Source: Planctomycetota bacterium (GTDB lineage Bacteria; Planctomycetota; B15-G4; JADJEK01). Taken from it: 64,000 nucleotides of DNA. A model generated the notes under the pieces. The model saw only the letters and a list, made by a program, of their open reading frames with translations, was not told the DNA's origin and searched no databases. Location of the stretch: the NCBI GenBank assembly GCA_044225365.1, contig JBGAIQ010000002.1, positions 128,001 through 192,000 of the forward strand, given 5' to 3'. Numbering within the stretch: position 1 is the stretch's first letter; every line of letters starts with the position of its first letter. The position numbers and the translations under genes are program-made. This document shows positions 30,803 to 40,988 of this stretch, one piece after another.

Positions 30803-31576
30803 GTGAAGCAACTCGCACTCGCCTGGCTCTGTTCATTCGCGATCGCCTGCGCGTCGAACCCTTCGGGAGAGCGGACTCCCGATCCTGGCGCGGAGGGAGA
30901 GCTGATGGGTCGTCTCGTGGACGTCCGATTCGAGGTCGAAGGAGCGCCTCGTCGCGCAGCGCTCTACGTTCCTGCCGGGTACGAAGCGAGCGATTCGCGT
31001 TGGCCACTCATCGTCTTCCTGCACGGTTTGGGCGAGCGAGGCGATGACGCTCGCGCGCAGACGACCGTCGGGATCTACTCGGCGATCAAGGCGCATCCCG
31101 AGCGGTTTCCGTGCCTCGTGCTCATGCCTCAATGCCCGCTCGATCGGGTGTGGGTGACTCTGTCCGCATCCTGGGCGAACGGAATTCCGGACGCAGAAGA
31201 CCACATCGAGGCAGCGCTCGCGGCCACGCTCGCGCAGTACCGGGTCGATCCGTCGCGCATCGCACTCACGGGACTCTCGATGGGCGGATTCGGAACGCTC
31301 GTCTACGGGGCGAAGCACGTCGATCGTTATCGCGCGCTCGTTGCCGTATGCGGCGGCGGCCGCGCGGAGGACGCTGCGGCGCTCGCGACGCGCCCGCTTT
31401 GGCTGCTGCACGGCGACGCCGACCCGATCGTTCCGCCGCAGTCGTCGCAGGACATGCATGACTCCGTGAAGGCGGCGGGCGGCGACGTCACCCTCACCTT
31501 CTTTCCAGGGGTCGGCCACAACTCCTGGGATCGCGCGTACGAGAAGCCCGAGGTCATCGCCTTCCTGCTGCGCTGA
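30803..31576 (+). CDS. Lipoprotein alpha/beta-hydrolase (esterase/peptidase)
   Basis: Lipobox-like AIAC, FLHGLGERG, GLSMGG, HGDADPIV, GHNSW. Confidence 0.88.
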   Translation: MKQLALAWLCSFAIACASNPSGERTPDPGAEGELMGRLVDVRFEVEGAPRRAALYVPAGYEASDSRWPLIVFLHGLGERGDDARAQTTVGIYSAIKAHPERFPCLVLMPQCPLDRVWVTLSASWANGIPDAEDHIEAALAATLAQYRVDPSRIALTGLSMGGFGTLVYGAKHVDRYRALVAVCGGGRAEDAAALATRPLWLLHGDADPIVPPQSSQDMHDSVKAAGGDVTLTFFPGVGHNSWDRAYEKPEVIAFLLR

Positions 31577-31594
31577 TACGGGACTCGCCTCCCT

Positions 31595-32461
31595 TCACGG
31601 GACTCGTACGGGTCGGACGCCGTTCATCGCGAGCCATGGGTCGAGACGGCGAGCGAGGAGGGCGAGGCGTGCGCTCGGCACCGCCGGGTAGAGGTGATGC
31701 TCGAGGTGATAGGTCAGCTCGAGGAAGAGGTGCGGGACGATCCGCCCGCGAAGTGTTCGAGTCTGGGTGAGGCTCGTCGATCCGTAACCGTGATGCGGCA
31801 GGTGGACCGTGAACGCGGGATAGATCCACGACCCGACGAGCACGAGCGTCGCATAGACGACCATCGCGGCGTCGTGGATCCAGAAGCCCACGACCGGAAA
31901 CAGGATCGCGAACGCGGCTTCGGCGAGCAGGAACGCGCGCTCCCGTCGATTCGACCTCGATCGCTGCCAAGCCCAGCACCACAAGCGCGGCAGGAAGAAG
32001 GGGCCGTGCAGCAGCGCGCGGAGGAACGACCATCGCGCGGGGTCGCCCTCGGGATCGTCCGGTCCGGGGAAGGTGCGATGATGACGCAGGTGCGAGATGC
32101 GATAGGCGTGCCCACTCTCGAGCAGCAATGCGCCGACCACGAAGAGCAGGATGTCGGTGGTCGTGCGGCCGATTCCGAACGACGCATGGACGAGGTCGTG
32201 GGTCACCGTGACGACCGACACGAACAGGAAGAACACGCAGCACATCGCGAGGAAGACATGACCGCACGCAAGGGCCATGAGCGTCGCCGCGCAGCAGACC
32301 GCTGGGCAGAGCAGTGCGATGAGCCGCTCTCGTCGGTGAAGAGTGAGGAGATCGGTCCCGAGCGAGTCAAGGCCAGGGGGGCGCGGGGGCGAGGGCGGTG
32401 CCCCGTGTCGCGGGGACGAAGCGGAGCGAGGTCTCGTACGGTCGACGATGACGGACGCCAT
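31595..32461 (-). CDS. Membrane di-iron desaturase/hydroxylase family protein
   Basis: His boxes HDLVH, HLRHH, HLEHH; GAGGAGG RBS. Confidence 0.85.
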   Translation of the reverse strand: MASVIVDRTRPRSASSPRHGAPPSPPRPPGLDSLGTDLLTLHRRERLIALLCPAVCCAATLMALACGHVFLAMCCVFFLFVSVVTVTHDLVHASFGIGRTTTDILLFVVGALLLESGHAYRISHLRHHRTFPGPDDPEGDPARWSFLRALLHGPFFLPRLWCWAWQRSRSNRRERAFLLAEAAFAILFPVVGFWIHDAAMVVYATLVLVGSWIYPAFTVHLPHHGYGSTSLTQTRTLRGRIVPHLFLELTYHLEHHLYPAVPSARLALLARRLDPWLAMNGVRPVRVP

Positions 32462-33971
32462 GGCGCGCTACCTCCTCGATCATGTCGGCAGCCACGAAAC
32501 GACTCGCTGCGATGCATGCGACCGTGCCGAGTCCCGGCCAGGTGCCGTCGCCCACGAGGCGGACGCCGCGGATTCCGAGGTCGTGGGGGACCGCGCGTTG
32601 ATTCGCGTTCGCGAGCGAGGCGCGAGTTCCCCCGACGGCCCCGTCGATCCGGCCCGTGAAGCGCTCGTATGTCTTCGGTGTCGCGACCTCATGGACGAGC
32701 GGCGCGTCGCCGAGTCGCGGCCAGACCCGGCGCGCAATCGAAAGTAGTGCATCTCCCGCCGCTCTCTTCTTCGCCGCGTAGTCCGCGTCCGCGACGTCCT
32801 TCCACGGGGCGAGTTCGCAATGGGTCGAGAGAACGACGGCTCGGTGGCCGGCGGGGGCACTCTCGATGTCCCCGCGTCGCGACGCCGAGACGAACATGTT
32901 GTTGCCGTCGCCGAAGGGCGCGTCGTAGTCGACGAGGATCTGATGATGATCGATCTCGCCGTAATCGCCTCCGGAGAGCTCTCGATCGTCGACCCCCAGG
33001 TACACGGCGATGGCACCCCCGCGCGCAGCGGTGTCACGGCGGAGGTATGGGATCAGCGCCGATCCGAGTTCGTAGGGACCGATGCGAGCCGCGAGTTCGA
33101 GCGGAATCGCGACCACCACGCGACGGGCGCAGAGCGTCGCCTTCGACGTCGTCACGAGGAAAGCGTCCCTCCCCGCCGCGCGATCGAATCGCAGCACGTC
33201 GGTCGCGAGTCGCAGGTCGCCGCCTTGACGCCGGAAGTGAGACGCGACACGACGCCAGAATCCGCCCATTCCGCCGAGCGATCGCGAGAGACCGGCGTGG
33301 CGCAATGTGACGCCGAGTGCCGCGTTCACGAGGGGTGCGGTCTCGATGCGCGCGTGGACCGTGTCCTCCACGAGCATTCCGAGGAGTCCTCGCAAGGGGG
33401 TATCGTCCTCGAGCGAGTGGTCGGCGAGCAGGTCCATGAGCGTGCGCCACAAGTGCCGGATCATCGGGAGTCGGACGAGCCCGAGCGCCCGAATCGCCTT
33501 CAAGCCGTCGAAGAGCGATCCGATCGGCAACCGCGCTCCGCGGCGAGTCGCGCGCCAGAACGCGGCCGAGATCGAATCGAGGGCCGCGAAGAACCTGCGA
33601 TGCGAGCCGGTGTCGCCGATGGCCGCGCGTTCACGACGCCATTTCGCATCGTCTCGCCATAGGCGGATCCTCCGGTCGGGCAGCCACGCGTCGTAGGCGG
33701 GGACCGTTTCGAGTGGGAGATCGTGGAGGCCGATCGCCGCGAGCCACTCTGCGCCAACTCCGCCTGGTTCGAAGTCGACGAGGGTCGTCGCGCCGCAATC
33801 GAAGGAGAAGCCGTTTCGGCGGAACGAACCCGCGCATCCACCGAGCCGTGAGTGCTTCTCGAGGACGACGACGGAGAGTCCCGCCGCGGCGAGTCGCGTC
33901 GCCGTCGCCATTCCCGCGATGCCGGCGCCGATCACGGCGACATCGAAGTGCGACTTGCGGCCATCGCTCAA
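32367..33971 (-). CDS. Phytoene desaturase/CrtD-like FAD-dependent oxidoreductase
   Basis: IGAGIAG, GGCAGSFRRNGFSFDCGATT, ATPKTYERFTGR..GAVGG, GDGTWPGLGT; TTG start at 33971 with GGAGG RBS. Confidence 0.85.
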   Translation of the reverse strand: MSDGRKSHFDVAVIGAGIAGMATATRLAAAGLSVVVLEKHSRLGGCAGSFRRNGFSFDCGATTLVDFEPGGVGAEWLAAIGLHDLPLETVPAYDAWLPDRRIRLWRDDAKWRRERAAIGDTGSHRRFFAALDSISAAFWRATRRGARLPIGSLFDGLKAIRALGLVRLPMIRHLWRTLMDLLADHSLEDDTPLRGLLGMLVEDTVHARIETAPLVNAALGVTLRHAGLSRSLGGMGGFWRRVASHFRRQGGDLRLATDVLRFDRAAGRDAFLVTTSKATLCARRVVVAIPLELAARIGPYELGSALIPYLRRDTAARGGAIAVYLGVDDRELSGGDYGEIDHHQILVDYDAPFGDGNNMFVSASRRGDIESAPAGHRAVVLSTHCELAPWKDVADADYAAKKRAAGDALLSIARRVWPRLGDAPLVHEVATPKTYERFTGRIDGAVGGTRASLANANQRAVPHDLGIRGVRLVGDGTWPGLGTVACIAASRFVAADMIEEVARHGVRHRRPYETSLRFVPATRGTALAPAPPWP

Positions 33972-33993
33972 GTAGCACCTCCCATTCCCTGGT

Positions 33994-34533
33994 TCACGAC
34001 TTGCTCTTCCGACTGCGTCGCTTCGCATTCGCGACGAGCGCCTTGAGACCGAGCTTCTGCACGAGTCCTCCCTTCAGGAAGGACTCCGCCATCGACTCGG
34101 CGAGAGAGACGACCCCCTCGATCGCCGCCAGCCGGTCGTGGAATTCACGAGCCTCTTCCGATCGCTCGCCTTCGAGCCGCGGGATCCACTCGCGCAGGCG
34201 CTCGAGCATCGGATCCCACTCGCGGCGCTTGCGAGCGCGGACGATGTTGCGCATGACCTTCTCGAGGTCGGTCTCGGGTCGATACGCGATGGCACGCGAG
34301 CTCTCGGCGCGAGCGGCGTCGATGAGGCCCCAGTCCGCGAGTTCTCGACACGCCATCGACACGCCACCGCGCGACAATCCCACGCCCTCCATGATCTCGT
34401 CGGCGGTCACGGCTTCCTTGCGCGAGATCAAGTACCCGTACACGCGGGCCGTCGTGGGCGAGACGCCCCAGAACGGCCCAAGCTGTCCCCAGAGTTCGAT
34501 GAAGGCGAGGCGAGTTTCTTCGAGGTTCGTCAT
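33994..34533 (-). CDS. GbsR/MarR-family transcriptional regulator
   Basis: FIELWGQLGPFWGVS..ARVYGYL, ADEIMEGVGLSRGGVSMACRELADWGLI. Confidence 0.88.
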   Translation of the reverse strand: MTNLEETRLAFIELWGQLGPFWGVSPTTARVYGYLISRKEAVTADEIMEGVGLSRGGVSMACRELADWGLIDAARAESSRAIAYRPETDLEKVMRNIVRARKRREWDPMLERLREWIPRLEGERSEEAREFHDRLAAIEGVVSLAESMAESFLKGGLVQKLGLKALVANAKRRSRKSKS

Positions 34534-34562
34534 GTCGGAACTCTACATCGACCGTTCTGAAT

Positions 34563-34580
34563 TTTCAATAAAACATGAAA
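34563..34580. promoter_or_regulatory. Putative operator palindrome TTTCA-N8-TGAAA upstream of the GbsR-like gene
   Basis: tttcaataaaacatgaaa lies in an AT-rich patch about 30 bp upstream of the regulator start. Confidence 0.55.
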
Positions 34581-34619
34581 GTAGAAAAACGATCGAGCCG
34601 AAGTCGGCCTCGTCCTCAT

Positions 34620-34900
34620 GCGCAGTCGCGCCGCCCGCTTCTGCGATCACGCGTGCTCTTGTCGGGACCGATCCGGAGTTCTCCACGGAGGTTCACGGAG
34701 GTAAGAGGAGGCCCACGGAGGCCAGGAGGTATGAAAGGGGGCGGTCTCGGCGGTCCTGACGAATGCGGGCGCCAACGAGATCGCGTCGGGTTCGGCGGAC
34801 GGCCCCTTTTGAACTTCTGCTCTTCTCCGACCTCCGTGGTCCTCCTCTGACCTCCGTGGTCCTCCGTGTGAAATGAACGACTCCGTCCACACGGACAGCC
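34620..34900 (-). repeat. Single inverted copy of the ~270 bp CACGGAGG inverted-repeat element
   Basis: Reverse complement closely matches the units at 48418-49220. Confidence 0.9.
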
Positions 34901-34960
34901 GCCCATTGCCCCTTGCATCAGCGCCTGCGGTCGTTTGGATTACGCGCGGAGGCAGCTTTC

Positions 34961-36367
<1,407 letters not shown>

Positions 36368-36396
36368 GTCCAACAGGTTGGACGCGAGGCTTGCCG

Positions 36397-36630
36397 ATGT
36401 GGAGAACCGTCTCGATCACCGGAATGCTCCTGCTGGTCGTTGCCTACCTGGCGAACCAGCGGGGTATCTGGACGGCGGACAGCCGCAAGTATTTGTGGGC
36501 CAACGCCGCGGGTGCCGCCCTGCTCACCGCCTATTCGGCGACGATCGGGGAGTGGGTCTTCGTGGTGCTCGAGGGGTTTTGGTGCTTCGCCGCCTTTTCG
36601 GGGCTGGCGCGGCGATCGAAAGTTGGGTGA
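36397..36630 (+). CDS. Small membrane protein (CBU_0592-like)
   Basis: 77 aa with three hydrophobic stretches: LLVVAYL..YLWANAAGAALL..FVVLEGFW. Confidence 0.7.
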   Translation: MWRTVSITGMLLLVVAYLANQRGIWTADSRKYLWANAAGAALLTAYSATIGEWVFVVLEGFWCFAAFSGLARRSKVG

Positions 36631-36699
36631 AATACCCGGTAACGGGCAGTGTGCCTCGTGCGTAGCATTGCTCTTTTCGTGGACGTCCGAAGGAGAAAT

Positions 36700-37620
36700 A
36701 TGAGACCGCTCTCGTACCTGGCGGGACTCTCGGCACTGGTGATCACGGGCCTCGCGCTCGCGGCGCCGCCGAAGCCGAAGATCAAGCCTACGGTGGAGTT
36801 CGCCCACACGTGGGAAGCCGCCGTCGCCGAAGCGAAGATGCTGAACCTTCCGCTCGTGGTGCACAATCACGGGTTCTACTGAGGCCCGTGCTGGGGCATG
36901 CATTCTGCCGTGATGCAGAATGACGATTACATCAAGTTCGCGAACGACAACACGGTCGAGGTCCTGGCCCTTGGCAGCCTCGACACCGCCGTACAGAAGA
37001 ACGAAAAGGCCGATCAGGCCAAGATCGCGCGCTACAAGGCGACCGTCAACGGCAAGGAAGTCGAGCTGATGGTCGAGTGGCCGAATCTCACGTACGAGGA
37101 GATCATCGCCCTCAACCAGAGTCCGGCAGGCCAGTACAACAAGTCCGGAGGCATCCCCTACACGTCGATCGTGAATCCGTGGGATCTGAAGGAGATGTGG
37201 AAGCAGCTCGGCGGAACCGGCGCCTCCACGATCATCGCCGCGGCGACCGACGCCAAGAAGCAGCTCGAGAAGGAGCACGGCAAGGGTCTCTCCCGCAAGG
37301 ATCTTCGCGCGTACAACAAGGCGGACGCCGAAGCGACCAAGCTCACGAACGACGGTGAGTTCAGCAAGGCGATCCAGGCCTACGATCCATTCAGCAAGTC
37401 CTCGGCGCAATGGCCTCAGAACATGAAGACCCGCCTCGATGCTGCGCGCAACGCGGTCATCGAAGCGGCGACTTCCAAGCTCGAAGAGATCGAGTCGAAG
37501 GCCGGCACCGATCCGGTCGGCGCCAAGAAGGATCTCGACAAGCTGATGTTGAAGCTCGGCAAGACCGGGCTCGAGCCCAAGGCGAAGGAACTCGCCCAGA
37601 AGCTCGCGACGGGCGGCTGA
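36700..37620 (+). CDS. Exported thioredoxin-fold selenoprotein (UxxC; in-frame TGA at 36880-36882 read as Sec, codon 61)
   Basis: AGGAG RBS, signal peptide, ...HNHGFY-TGA-GPC in frame with the downstream 240-aa ORF, GIPYT cis-Pro loop, SECIS-like hairpin. Confidence 0.85.
36901..36922 (+). promoter_or_regulatory. Putative bacterial SECIS stem-loop
   Basis: Perfect 8-bp stem CATTCTGC/GCAGAATG with loop CGTGAT; 18 nt separate it from the TGA. Confidence 0.7.
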
Positions 37621-37659
37621 CGACTCGAGTTCGACTCGATCGAGGCGCCTCCTCGCCAG

Positions 37660-37701
37660 CGACACGACCCGACGTGCGACAACGCACGTCGGGTCGTGTC
37701 G
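37660..37701 (+). terminator. Perfect 19-bp hairpin downstream of the selenoprotein gene
   Basis: CGACACGACCCGACGTGCG-ACAA-CGCACGTCGGGTCGTGTCG; only a weak U-tract. Confidence 0.6.
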
Positions 37702-37958
37702 TTCCATGCGCGGGACACGGAGAGCGAAATCGAACCACGAACCGGCGCGAAGCAAGAACTCTGCCCGGAAAAGTCCTTTGTTCATCGTCGATTTTTTGGC
37801 TACGTGCCCGGACATTCCACCGTAACCAGTGCGCCGATCATTGAAGTTGCGTTACGAGCGACGACAGTGAGAGGTAGAGATGCAGCGAGCCGGATGCGGT
37901 CGTGCGGCGGAAACCCGAACGCTGGCGATCACGGAAGACTCGCTGTTCCTGGAAGGAC

Positions 37959-37990
37959 GGGCCAGCGGGCGCGAGCTCGGTGGCCCTTTT
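37959..37990 (+). terminator. Intrinsic terminator-like hairpin upstream of the ZIP operon
   Basis: GGGCCAGCGGGC-GCGA-GCTCGGTGGCCC followed by TTTT. Confidence 0.6.
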
Positions 37991-38085
37991 CCGTTGCAGG
38001 TGCGTCGTCGCGAGTGTCGCAGCGATTCGGCTCGGCGCGATTCGACGGCTTTCATCCCGATCCGCGTTCGAATACGCTGCAGGGA

Positions 38086-38817
38086 ATGGTGACCTTTGCC
38101 CTGATCACGCTCCTCGTCACGTTCCTAGGCGGATGCCTGCCGCTCGTGAAGGACTGGAGCCATCGGCAACTCCACGCCGTACTCGCGCTCGCGACGGGCG
38201 TCTTCCTCGGCGCCGTATTCCTCCACTTACTCCCCGAGATCAGCGCGAACGAGAGCGGCCAGCGGGCGATCTCGCCGCGCACCTTGTGGTTGCTGACGTT
38301 GGTCTCGACGCTCGCCGTGTACCTGCTCGAAGCGCTCGTCTTCCGGTCGCACGACCACGACGAGGCGCACCGCCATCGGGCGGTCGGATACTCGGCGCTC
38401 GTCGGGCTCTCCGTCCATTCGTTCACCGAGGGCATTGCGTTCTGCGTGTTCGCAGCGGACGTGCGCAGCGCGACGCCGTTCTTCCTCTCGACCCTCGGCC
38501 ACAAGCTGCTCGACGGCTTCTCGCTCGCGTCGGTGTTTCGACTCGGGGACATGGGCCGGAAACAGGTGATCTTCTGGATGATCGCGTTCGCATCGCTCAC
38601 ACCGGTCGGCATGCTGCTGGGAGAGCGACTCCTTCCCTGCCTCTCACCGACGGCGTTTGCCGTCGTGTCGGCGCTCGCCGCCGGTACATTCCTGTTCGTG
38701 AGCCTCTGTGAACTGCTGCCGGAAGTCTTCCATCACCGCGAGGACAGCCTCGTCAAGGTCGGTCTTCTGCTGCTCGGTATCGGCTCCTTCATGGCCCTGC
38801 ACGAGGTGAGCGGATGA
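38086..38817 (+). CDS. ZIP-family divalent metal transporter
   Basis: GVFLGAVFLHLLPE, His-rich loop HDHDEAHRH, GLSVHSFTEG, HKLLDGF, AAGTFLFV..ELLPE. Confidence 0.9.
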   Translation: MVTFALITLLVTFLGGCLPLVKDWSHRQLHAVLALATGVFLGAVFLHLLPEISANESGQRAISPRTLWLLTLVSTLAVYLLEALVFRSHDHDEAHRHRAVGYSALVGLSVHSFTEGIAFCVFAADVRSATPFFLSTLGHKLLDGFSLASVFRLGDMGRKQVIFWMIAFASLTPVGMLLGERLLPCLSPTAFAVVSALAAGTFLFVSLCELLPEVFHHREDSLVKVGLLLLGIGSFMALHEVSG

Positions 38818-40988
38818 TCCAGTTCTTCCAGGACTGGGGCAGCGCGGTGATCTCGATGATCCTGGAAGCGGGACCTTTCCTGCTGCTCGGACTCTTCGTC
38901 GCCGGCCTGCTGAAGGCATTGCTGCCAGCCGCGGCGATCACGAAGCACCTCGGTGGGAACGACCTTCGCTCGGTCGCTCTCGCGACCCTGATCGGCGCGC
39001 CGCTGCCCCTCTGTTCGTGCTCGGTGATCCCGACGGCGGTCGAGCTCCGCAAGAAGGGCGCGAGCAAGGGCGCCACGACCGCATTCCTCATCTCCACGCC
39101 GGAGACGGGGGTCGACTCGATCGGTGTCACGTGGGCGCTGATCGATCCGCTGATGACGCTCGCGCGGCCACTCGCGGCGATCGTGACCGCGTTCGGTGCC
39201 GGCGCGATCGTGAACTTCCTCGAACGCCGCGGGTGGCTGAAGGACGTGTCGACGGATTCCGTGGCTCCGGCGTCGGATTGTTGCGACGACACGGCGAGCT
39301 GCGCGGCGCCCGTCCTCGACGAGCATGGCCACGGCGACGCCCACGGACACGACCACGGTCACGACCATGAGCACGCGCGCGCGGAGACGGCTGCGCCGGC
39401 GCGGCGCTCGGTGCTCGGCGTGCTTCGCGAAGCCGTCGGCTATGGCCTCGGTCCGCTGCTCGAGGACCTGACCCCGTGGTTCGTCCTCGGATTCCTGCTC
39501 TCCGGACTCATCACGGTCCTCGTGCCGGAGAACTTCTTCGGCGACGTGATCCCTCCGGGCCTTTGGGCGATGCTGCTGATGCTCGCTCTCTCGGTGCCGA
39601 TGTACATCTGCGCGAGCGCGAGCACTCCGGTGGCGGCCGCGCTGATGGCGAAAGGGCTCGATCCGGGCGCCGCACTCGTCTTCATGCTGGCGGGCCCCGC
39701 CACGAACATCGCGACGATCCTCGTCGTCGGTCGCTTCCTCGGATGGCGCTCGCTCGCCGCCTATCTCGCTTCGATCGTCGCCGGATCGCTGCTGTTCGGG
39801 ACGTTGCTCGATTTCGCCTACAAGGTCTTCTCGATCGATGTCACGATCCGGAGCCAGGCGACGGAATCGTCGCAGTTCTCGTACTTCACGATCGCGTGCG
39901 GTGTGGTGCTCGTGCTCGGCGTGCTCCGACACGCCTGGCGGACGTCGCTCCTCTTCACGTTCGAGAGCTGGCTCGCCCGGATCGGTCTCGTTCCTTCTCG
40001 AAGCTTCGCTCGCAGCCTCTTCGTCGGTGCGGTCGTCGTCGTTTGGGGCTCCACGAGCTACTCGGTCGTGCTCCCTGGGCAGACTGGATTCGTCCTGCGC
40101 TGGGGTCGCGTCGTGGATCGCCTGGAAGGTCCCGCGACCGTTTGGCACCTGCCGTATCCGATCAGCCGCTTCGAGGCCGTTTCGACCTCTTCGATCGAGC
40201 GCGGAAAGGTCGGCCTCGAGGAGGGGAGCGCCGCGCCGCCGCCGCTGTCGGCGACGGGGGAGTTCGAGCCGCAGACCGATGACGTCGAATGCGTGACGAG
40301 CGACGAGAAGCTGCTGATCGTCACCTACGCGATCCACTACCGGATCGTCGACCCGTACGTCGCGCGCTTCCAGGTGCAGGACCTGAAGCGGGTCGTCGAG
40401 ACCTGTGCGGCGTCGTCGCTCCGGCGCATGGTCGCGCATCATTCGATGGATGAACATCTCGTCGATCGACGCGAGCCGCTCGAACTCGAAGCCAAGGGTT
40501 ACCTCTCCGAGCAGCTCGAAAAGATCGGTTGCGGCGTCGAGGTCCTGGCGGTGACGTTCGAGTACATGCACGCTCCGCCGCAGGTGCACTATGCGTATCG
40601 CGACGTCGCGAGCTCGCTCGAGGACAAGGAGACGTCGATCAAGAACGGCGTCACTTACAAGCTCGAGCAGATGGCGCAGGCGCGCGCGGACGCCGAGCAG
40701 ATCGAGCAGAAGGCGCTGGGTGATGGCGCACTCGCGCGTGCCGAGGCGACTCGAGTCGTCGCGGGGTTCGAGGCTCTCGCGCCGCTCCATCAGCAGTACG
40801 GATCGACCTTCGCTTCGATGCTCGTGATCGAGTCGTGGAAGAAGTCGATCAAGAACCTGAACGGGGTCGTTCCGCTCGCGCCGAACGTGGCAGTGACGAT
40901 CGTTCAAAAAGGCTCTGGCGCATCTGCCGCCGTGCAGAGCGATGGCGACGGCAAGGGGTCCGCGACGCCCTCCGGAAAGGACGACTGA
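38814..40988 (+). CDS. DUF318/SO_0444-like heavy-metal permease fused to a C-terminal SPFH (HflK-like) domain
   Basis: PLPLCSCSVIP, FLISTPETGVDS, His/Cys-rich loop, PMYICASASTPVAA, GPATN; then TM, YSVVLPGQTGFVLRWGR, PPQVHYAYRDV and coiled coil. Confidence 0.85.
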   Translation: MIQFFQDWGSAVISMILEAGPFLLLGLFVAGLLKALLPAAAITKHLGGNDLRSVALATLIGAPLPLCSCSVIPTAVELRKKGASKGATTAFLISTPETGVDSIGVTWALIDPLMTLARPLAAIVTAFGAGAIVNFLERRGWLKDVSTDSVAPASDCCDDTASCAAPVLDEHGHGDAHGHDHGHDHEHARAETAAPARRSVLGVLREAVGYGLGPLLEDLTPWFVLGFLLSGLITVLVPENFFGDVIPPGLWAMLLMLALSVPMYICASASTPVAAALMAKGLDPGAALVFMLAGPATNIATILVVGRFLGWRSLAAYLASIVAGSLLFGTLLDFAYKVFSIDVTIRSQATESSQFSYFTIACGVVLVLGVLRHAWRTSLLFTFESWLARIGLVPSRSFARSLFVGAVVVVWGSTSYSVVLPGQTGFVLRWGRVVDRLEGPATVWHLPYPISRFEAVSTSSIERGKVGLEEGSAAPPPLSATGEFEPQTDDVECVTSDEKLLIVTYAIHYRIVDPYVARFQVQDLKRVVETCAASSLRRMVAHHSMDEHLVDRREPLELEAKGYLSEQLEKIGCGVEVLAVTFEYMHAPPQVHYAYRDVASSLEDKETSIKNGVTYKLEQMAQARADAEQIEQKALGDGALARAEATRVVAGFEALAPLHQQYGSTFASMLVIESWKKSIKNLNGVVPLAPNVAVTIVQKGSGASAAVQSDGDGKGSATPSGKDD

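Noticed and set aside
36880-36882. Genome-wide UGA reassignment (Trp or Gly) as the explanation of the in-frame TGA
   Set aside because: Many conserved genes here (ettA, fumC, hflX, ndh) end correctly at TGA, and none has an internal TGA.
36898-37620. Independent 240-aa gene starting at ATG 36898
   Set aside because: It would lack the signal peptide and the first half of the thioredoxin active site, which are in frame just upstream behind a good RBS.
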